DNA of 64,000 bases from an uncultured Planctomycetia bacterium (GTDB lineage: Bacteria > Omnitrophota > Gorgyraeia > S143-82): NCBI GenBank assembly GCA_964469495.1, contig CAYXYY010000011.1:30845-94844 (forward strand), written 5' to 3'. The translations under genes and the position numbers were made by a program. Below the pieces are notes generated by a model, which worked only from the letters and a program-made list of their open reading frames with translations, did no database searches and had not been told where the DNA came from. Positions 58,112-64,000 of the stretch are shown piece by piece; position 1 is the first letter of the stretch; the number at the start of each line of letters is the position of its first letter.

Positions 58112-59212
58112 ATGCCTAAAATCTATATTAAAACTTTTGGCTGTCAGATGAACAAGCGGGATTCTGAGATCCTGGCAGGCGCTCTTATGCGCAAAGGCGC
58201 TGTTTTGGTGGATGACTGGCAGGATGCAGACGTTGTTTTGTTCAATACCTGCGCGGTGCGCAAGCATGCAGAAGACAGGGTGTTTAGTATTCTTGGGCTT
58301 ATTGCGAAAAAGACTCGCGATAGGGGAGAGAACAGAATCTTTGGCCTGCTTGGCTGTATGGCGCAGGAATGGAGGGAAAAGGCCTTTAGAAAAGCGCCGT
58401 ATCTGGATGTGGTCTGCGGCCCGAATGATTTGTTTTCATTGGTGGAGAATTTTGATTCTATTTTAGAGAAAAAACAAAAACTGTGTTTTGTTGATTCAGA
58501 GAAACGAGTTGATGAGTTTTACTCTAATGGGGCATTTTTCTCGACGAGTGATGAACATGCCTTTGTGATTATTATGGAGGGATGTAATAACTTTTGCACT
58601 TATTGCATTGTCCCTTATGTAAGGGGGCGAGAGCGCAGCAGGCCTTCAAAGGATATATTAAAGGAGATAAAGATATTGATAGATCAAGGGAAAAAGAGTT
58701 TTACCCTTTTAGGGCAGAACGTTAATTCCTATGCAGGGGATATGTCTTTTATTGAGCTTTTGGATAAGGCCTCTAATATTGACGGTGTTCAGGAACTCTC
58801 TTTTGTTACGTCTCATCCTAAAGATGCATCTCTTGAATTATTTGATCTGATGGCAAAGAAGGAAAATATAAAAAAATATTTACACCTGCCTTTTCAGTCC
58901 GGCTCAAATAGGATATTGAAATTAATGAACAGGGGGTATACTATAGAAAGATACAAAGAACTAGTTTTGGCCTATAAGGAAAAGGTAAGAAGCGGTTATT
59001 TAAGCACAGACGTTATCGTTGGGTTTCCATCAGAGACAGAGGAAGATTTTGAACAGACTAAACAGGTTTTAGAGGAGATAGATTTCGATTGCGCGTATAT
59101 TTTTAAATATTCGCCAAGGCCCTATAGCAAGGCATATGAGATGAAAGACGATGTCCCTATTAGAGAAAAGGAGCGCAGGCATAAAGTTTTGCTGGATATG
59201 GTAACTAGTTAG
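58112..59212 (+). CDS. miaB: tRNA methylthiotransferase MiaB, apparently lacking the TRAM domain
   Basis: TFGCQMN, NTCAVR, GCMAQ, CNNFCTYC radical-SAM motif and LLGQNVNSY; ends at 366 aa. Confidence 0.88.
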   Translation: MPKIYIKTFGCQMNKRDSEILAGALMRKGAVLVDDWQDADVVLFNTCAVRKHAEDRVFSILGLIAKKTRDRGENRIFGLLGCMAQEWREKAFRKAPYLDVVCGPNDLFSLVENFDSILEKKQKLCFVDSEKRVDEFYSNGAFFSTSDEHAFVIIMEGCNNFCTYCIVPYVRGRERSRPSKDILKEIKILIDQGKKSFTLLGQNVNSYAGDMSFIELLDKASNIDGVQELSFVTSHPKDASLELFDLMAKKENIKKYLHLPFQSGSNRILKLMNRGYTIERYKELVLAYKEKVRSGYLSTDVIVGFPSETEEDFEQTKQVLEEIDFDCAYIFKYSPRPYSKAYEMKDDVPIREKERRHKVLLDMVTS

Positions 59213-59300
59213 AATTTTTGTTAGTAAATTATGTGTTTTGGAATATAATATTGCGATAGATGTTAAATGTTTTTGTTTTCACAATCCAAAGGAGGGTGCT

Positions 59301-60290
59301 ATGGACGGAAATATTCAGGCTATAGTTGAGATTGTGGAGAAACAATCCGCTTTGGTAAAACAGATTGAGCAGGAATTGTCTAAAGTTATTGTCGGCCAGC
59401 AATATCTTATAAATAGACTGATTCTGGGGCTTATCTCAGGCGGGCATATTTTGATAGAAGGCGTGCCGGGGCTGGCTAAAACCTTGGCTGTCCGCACTCT
59501 TTCAGATGCCGTTGATTGTGATTTTAGCCGTATACAGTTTACGCCAGACCTTTTGCCTGCAGATGTCATAGGCACGCTTATATATAATCCAAAGGATTCG
59601 GATTTTATTACCAAAAAAGGGCCGGTGTTTACTAATCTGCTTCTGGCAGATGAGATAAACAGGGCGCCAGCTAAGGTGCAGAGCGCTCTGCTTGAGGCCA
59701 TGCAGGAAAAGCAGGTTACCATTGGAGATGAGACGTATAACTTGCCTGATTTGTTTATGGTTATTGCAACGCAAAATCCAATAGAACAGGAAGGCACCTA
59801 TCCATTGCCGGAGGCGCAAGTGGATCGTTTTATGCTTAAATTGAAGGTTGGTTATCCGAATAAGGCCGAAGAGATTCGCATCATAGAAAGAATGGCCGCT
59901 ATTGAACAGCCAAAGGCCTCTGTTGTTTTAAATCCGGGTCAAATATTGGGGCTTAAGAAAACGGTTTTCAGTATATATATGGATGAGAAGATAAAACATT
60001 ATATTGTTTCTATTATTGATGCAACGCGTCATCCTGATGCCTATAAATTAGAGGAAATCTCTCCTTTGATTGGATATGGCGCGTCTCCTCGCGGGACGTT
60101 AAACTTGGCTATAGGAGCAAAGGCCTATGCTTTTTTAAAACAACGCGCTTTTGTTTTGCCCGACGATGTCAAGGCTATTGCAAAGGACGTGTTAAGGCAT
60201 AGGCTGCTTTTGACCTATGAGGCCGAGGCAGAGGGAATGGACAGCGATGCTGTTATAGACAAACTCTTGGCGGAATTGCCTGTGCCGTAA
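59301..60290 (+). CDS. MoxR family AAA+ ATPase
   Basis: EGVPGLAKT, RIQFTPDLLPAD, DEINRAPAKVQSALLEAM and TQNPIEQEGTYPLPEAQ. SD GGAGG precedes 59301. Confidence 0.95.
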   Translation: MDGNIQAIVEIVEKQSALVKQIEQELSKVIVGQQYLINRLILGLISGGHILIEGVPGLAKTLAVRTLSDAVDCDFSRIQFTPDLLPADVIGTLIYNPKDSDFITKKGPVFTNLLLADEINRAPAKVQSALLEAMQEKQVTIGDETYNLPDLFMVIATQNPIEQEGTYPLPEAQVDRFMLKLKVGYPNKAEEIRIIERMAAIEQPKASVVLNPGQILGLKKTVFSIYMDEKIKHYIVSIIDATRHPDAYKLEEISPLIGYGASPRGTLNLAIGAKAYAFLKQRAFVLPDDVKAIAKDVLRHRLLLTYEAEAEGMDSDAVIDKLLAELPVP

Positions 60291-60373
60291 TGGAAAACGT
60301 CTTTCTCTCTTGTTTATGATATTTTATTTTGATATAATTCTAAAAGGGGCGTTTTATTATAAGGAGGTGGCAC

Positions 60374-62002
60374 GTGTTAAAACTGTTTTCAAATCTTAAG
60401 ATATCCCACAAGATATTGCTTGCCAATGGATTGTTGTTTTTTAACATTATCGTTGTTGTCGGCGGCACGTTTATTGTCCTACAGATGCAAAAGTTTGACG
60501 CGGTAAAAATTAATCTTGCAGGCAGGCAGAGGATGCTGACTCAGAAGATGATGAAAGAGGCAGAAAAATTGGTAAGCGATGCAAAGGACATGGAGAAGTC
60601 TTCTCAGGATTATCAAAATCAGCAACAGGGATTGAATAAAACAGTAAAACTGTTTGACACGACGCTAAAGGCCCTTATATACGGCGGCAAGGCTGCCAAG
60701 GACCTGAAAATGACCAAATTTACCATGCTTCCTCCTTGTACGGATAAAAAGATATATAAACAGCTTAAGGTGGTAGAAAAACTCTGGGTGGGTTTTAAGT
60801 CGCATATAGATATGTTGCAAGATGATGAGGCCGATGTGGATTTATCCTTTATCAGGGGCCATAATATGAGGTTGTTGAAAGAGATGAACAAGGCCGTTGG
60901 CCTTATTCAGGCTGCTTCCAATAAAAAAATAGATATGCTCCGTGTTTTTATGCTGGTTTCATTTGTTATAAGTATACTTATATTCGGTGTTTCTTTTGCG
61001 ATATCCTCTTCTATTGTACGGCCTATTAATGAGGTCAGGGATAAGTTGGTTATTAGCGCTAAGGGCGATTTAAGCCAAAGGATTACGAATATTGATTCAA
61101 ATGACGAGATAGGGGATATGGTTAGGGCATTTAATTCCTTTATGGAGGATATAAGTAGGTTGATACAGACGGCAAAGGATAGCGCTGGTTCTGTTATTTC
61201 TTTCGCGAACACGCTTTCATCTATGGTTGATCAATTGTCTTCTTCTATAAAATCCCAGACAGGGCAAGCCAATAATATCGCCTCTGCAACGGAACAGATG
61301 AACGCAACGGTGAAGGAGATAGCAGGGGCGACCCGCGAGGCAAAAGGCAAGTCTGATGAGGCTACGGACAAGGCTATTGTCGGTGAGAGAAACGTGGATG
61401 CCTTATTGGTTGAAATGGATAATGTGGTGCGCGTTGAGCAGGCCTTTGCTGACCAGTTTAACAGGCTTAATGAGGATTCGTCTCAGGTTTCAAGTGTTAT
61501 CGTGGTTATTAATGATATCGCGGATAAAATTAATTTGCTTGCGTTGAACGCAGCTATTGAGGCGGCGCGCGCAGGAGAAGCGGGAAGAGGGTTTTCCGTT
61601 GTTGCTGAAGAAGTGCGTAAGTTAGCGGAAAAGACGAAGGATTCAACACAGGAAATCAAGTCTGTTATTACAAGCATACAAAGGGATATCTCCAATATGA
61701 GCGAGGACGTTACTAGAAACGTCGGCATTATACAGCAGACAGCGGAAAAGGCCAAAGAGGTTGGCGATGTTGTGCGCGATATACGTTCTGTTATCAACGA
61801 ATTGAATGACTTTATGAATCAGGTCGTCACAGCAACCGACGAGCAATCTATTGCCACAGAGGAGATCTCAAAGAGCATTACGCAGATATCAGGCGCGTTG
61901 AGCGAGCACTTTGAATCCATAAAGGTTATTGCAGGTGATATGGAAGGCCTTTCTCAAGCGGTTGAAGAGTTGAATGTCTTGATAAACAAATTTGCTATTT
62001 AA
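60374..62002 (+). CDS. Methyl-accepting chemotaxis protein with a PilJ/NarX-like sensor
   Basis: [21 protein letters not shown], then [31 protein letters not shown]. Confidence 0.93.
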   Translation: MLKLFSNLKISHKILLANGLLFFNIIVVVGGTFIVLQMQKFDAVKINLAGRQRMLTQKMMKEAEKLVSDAKDMEKSSQDYQNQQQGLNKTVKLFDTTLKALIYGGKAAKDLKMTKFTMLPPCTDKKIYKQLKVVEKLWVGFKSHIDMLQDDEADVDLSFIRGHNMRLLKEMNKAVGLIQAASNKKIDMLRVFMLVSFVISILIFGVSFAISSSIVRPINEVRDKLVISAKGDLSQRITNIDSNDEIGDMVRAFNSFMEDISRLIQTAKDSAGSVISFANTLSSMVDQLSSSIKSQTGQANNIASATEQMNATVKEIAGATREAKGKSDEATDKAIVGERNVDALLVEMDNVVRVEQAFADQFNRLNEDSSQVSSVIVVINDIADKINLLALNAAIEAARAGEAGRGFSVVAEEVRKLAEKTKDSTQEIKSVITSIQRDISNMSEDVTRNVGIIQQTAEKAKEVGDVVRDIRSVINELNDFMNQVVTATDEQSIATEEISKSITQISGALSEHFESIKVIAGDMEGLSQAVEELNVLINKFAI

Positions 62003-62056
62003 GGTTTTGTAAATGGCCCAATCTGGTATATAATGCCTTAAAAGCGGGAGGTATGT

Positions 62057-62494
62057 GTGGAGATTTTAGTCTTGCATGGGCCAAATCTAAATCTGTTGGG
62101 AGAAAGAGAGCCAGATGTTTATGGCGATATTTCTCTTGATAAGGTAAATGAGAGGATACAGGAAACTGCTCGCGATTTATCTATAAACGTCCATATCTTT
62201 CAATCCAACAGCGAATCCGAATTGATAGATAAAATTATAGAAAATAGGAATAAAGTTTCCGGGATTGTTATCAATCCGGGCGCTTTTACGCATTATAGTA
62301 TAGCTTTAAGGGACTGTATTGCTGGTGTTGGCCTGCCTGCGGTTGAGGTGCACATAAGCAATATTTACAACAGGGAGCCGTTTAGGCACAATTCCGTTAT
62401 TGCCCCTGTTTGTCTGGGCCAGATCACGGGTTTTTCTGTTGATAGTTATGTGTTGGGGCTGTTTGCCTTGGTTTCTCATTTGAGGGGACAATGA
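62057..62494 (+). CDS. aroQ: Type II 3-dehydroquinate dehydratase
   Basis: HGPNLNLLGEREPDVYG, INPGAFTHYS and EVHISN motifs. Confidence 0.97.
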   Translation: MEILVLHGPNLNLLGEREPDVYGDISLDKVNERIQETARDLSINVHIFQSNSESELIDKIIENRNKVSGIVINPGAFTHYSIALRDCIAGVGLPAVEVHISNIYNREPFRHNSVIAPVCLGQITGFSVDSYVLGLFALVSHLRGQ

Positions 62495-63018
62495 GGATAT
62501 TTTCTTTATTAATCTTGGTCGTGCTGTTTTTTCAGGGATGCGCTTATCGGCCTGTTGGAAAAGGGGTTAATTTTTCGTCTGTATATATTGCGCCTGTAAA
62601 AAACAAGATAGACGTTGCTGTTGATTACTCATCCATATCTGAACTGCAAAAATATTTCCCGGATATAGATGCGCAGATAAGGAGCAAGTTGTCTGGCAGA
62701 TTTGTCTTTGACGGCAATGTCAAGACGGTAAATAAGGATAAGGCCGACTTGATTTTGCATGTGGAACTGCTTTCGTATTATAAAACACCAATGCGTTTTT
62801 CAGAGCAAAACGAGGTGGAAGGATATCGCATAAGCGTTATTGCCAATGTCTATGGCGAAGATAGAGATGGTAAACAGGTATATGCGCCCAAACGCCTTAC
62901 AGGAGTGGCTGACTATATATTAACGGGCAGTAATGCGGTTTCAGAGTCTGATGCCGTTTTATCAGCCATAGATGATCTTGTGAAGCGTATAGTGGAGTAT
63001 GTGGTTGAGGTATGGTAA
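62491..63018 (+). CDS. lptE: LptE-like LPS assembly lipoprotein
   Basis: Lipobox FFQGC-AY; size and position immediately before a holA-like gene. Confidence 0.75.
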   Translation: MRIFSLLILVVLFFQGCAYRPVGKGVNFSSVYIAPVKNKIDVAVDYSSISELQKYFPDIDAQIRSKLSGRFVFDGNVKTVNKDKADLILHVELLSYYKTPMRFSEQNEVEGYRISVIANVYGEDRDGKQVYAPKRLTGVADYILTGSNAVSESDAVLSAIDDLVKRIVEYVVEVW

Positions 63019-63665
63019 TTCTGCTCACCGGATCTGATATAGCGAAAAAACAGGCGTTTATTGAGGAGAAGAAGGGCCTGTTGGAGTCTGGATTGTGGGG
63101 ACTGAACTTTCAATCCTTTTATCCCATTGATCTTAAAGACGAGAAAGACGTTAAGAAGGCCTTTCGTTCTTTGCCTATGTCCGGCAGGGGTTTGGTTGTC
63201 TTTCAGGATATAGATAATTTGAAGAGCAAGGTTGCGAAGGCATTTGAAAATGAGCTTAAGGCCATAAAGGATTTGGAAGAGGGCCTATATGATATTGATT
63301 ATATAATAGAAGGGTCTGGCAGTTATGGGAGTTTCTCAGCCAAAGTAATACCACTGGTTGAAGAATCCTTGCGGTTTGGAGAGATAAGAGAGCCGGAAAA
63401 TATCTTTGACCTGTGCAGGCAGATAGTTTATGGGAAGATAGAAAATGCCCATAGAAAGTTCAAGGCGTTAAATATAGATTACAGGACGTTTCCTCAATTT
63501 TTGGGCAGTATGAGGGCGGTGATAGAGAGAGATAGGCGGTTGTCTTTTGCTGATAAAAACAGATGGAGCGCTATTTTGTTGGAGATAGACAGAAAATCAA
63601 AATTTCAGGGACTTTCTGCCGACGAAGCATTGGATTTTTTGCTTCTATTTCCAAGGTTAAGATGA
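63012..63665 (+). CDS. holA: Divergent, short DNA polymerase III delta-like protein
   Basis: MVILLTGSD, LNFQSF, SLPMSGRGLVVF, ENIFDL and IDRKSK patterns; lptE-holA synteny. Confidence 0.5.
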   Translation: MVILLTGSDIAKKQAFIEEKKGLLESGLWGLNFQSFYPIDLKDEKDVKKAFRSLPMSGRGLVVFQDIDNLKSKVAKAFENELKAIKDLEEGLYDIDYIIEGSGSYGSFSAKVIPLVEESLRFGEIREPENIFDLCRQIVYGKIENAHRKFKALNIDYRTFPQFLGSMRAVIERDRRLSFADKNRWSAILLEIDRKSKFQGLSADEALDFLLLFPRLR

Positions 63666-63722
63666 TAAAATCAAAGTGTGTTTATTATCTAATTAAGGCC
63701 ATTTGAGAGAAAGGTTTTGTTT

Positions 63723-64000
63723 ATGCGAAGCGATGAAGTCAAAAAGGGGTTAGAACGAGTTCCTCATAGGGCGTTGATGTATGCAACAGGGGTGAATAAG
63801 AGAGATTTTTCAAGGCCATTTATTGGTATAGCCAGCGCATTTTCCGATTTGATACCAGGGCACACGGATATGCGTTCTTTAGAGAGGTTTATTGAAAGAG
63901 GCATCGCGTATGCCGGAGGTGCGCCGTTTATATTTGGGATACCTGGCCTCTGTGATGGGATTGCTATGGGGCATAAAGGGATGTTCTATTCCCTGCCTTC
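63723..64000 (+). CDS. ilvD: Dihydroxy-acid dehydratase, 3'-truncated by window edge
   Basis: [23 protein letters not shown]…PFIGIAS…IPGH…[11 protein letters not shown]. Confidence 0.95.
   Translation, partial: MRSDEVKKGLERVPHRALMYATGVNKRDFSRPFIGIASAFSDLIPGHTDMRSLERFIERGIAYAGGAPFIFGIPGLCDGIAMGHKGMFYSLP

Overview
A 64-kb chromosomal window from a diderm bacterium using the standard genetic code; it encodes LolC/E, LptE, TolC, secretin and Omp85-like proteins. The gene mix (Tad locus, many type IV pilin-like genes, PPi-type PFK, macro-Nudix fusion) suggests a PVC-superphylum lineage such as Omnitrophota, but this is inference. Core genes include birA, rsmE, rdgB, a heat-shock operon (CIRCE, HspR-like regulator, clpB, HPF-like gene, hrcA, grpE, dnaK, dnaJ), tRNA-Glu(CTC), pgi, nadE, bioF, pfp, nfeD-slipin, dnaE, murA, miaB, aroQ, lptE and the start of ilvD. 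Most notable: (1) a Tad-like locus with a secretin fused to a TonB C-terminal domain, a TadZ-TadA fusion and a beta-propeller/half-OEP-like protein; (2) a type IV pilin operon behind a c-di-GMP-I riboswitch, with one pilin buried behind a second signal peptide and TM helix (possible polyprotein); (3) an uncalled 26-aa ORF resembling ribosomal protein bL37; (4) a ~6.8-kb integrase-less cassette (TA pair, PadR, adaptor, RND-TolC fusion with an internal signal peptide) bounded by 61/62-bp direct repeats; (5) an M1 peptidase-Omp85 barrel fusion; (6) a DnaK lacking the diderm insert; (7) a collapsed AAA-ATPase pseudogene. No CRISPR array, rRNA, integrase or transposase was seen. All family assignments come from reading motifs by eye, not from database searches.
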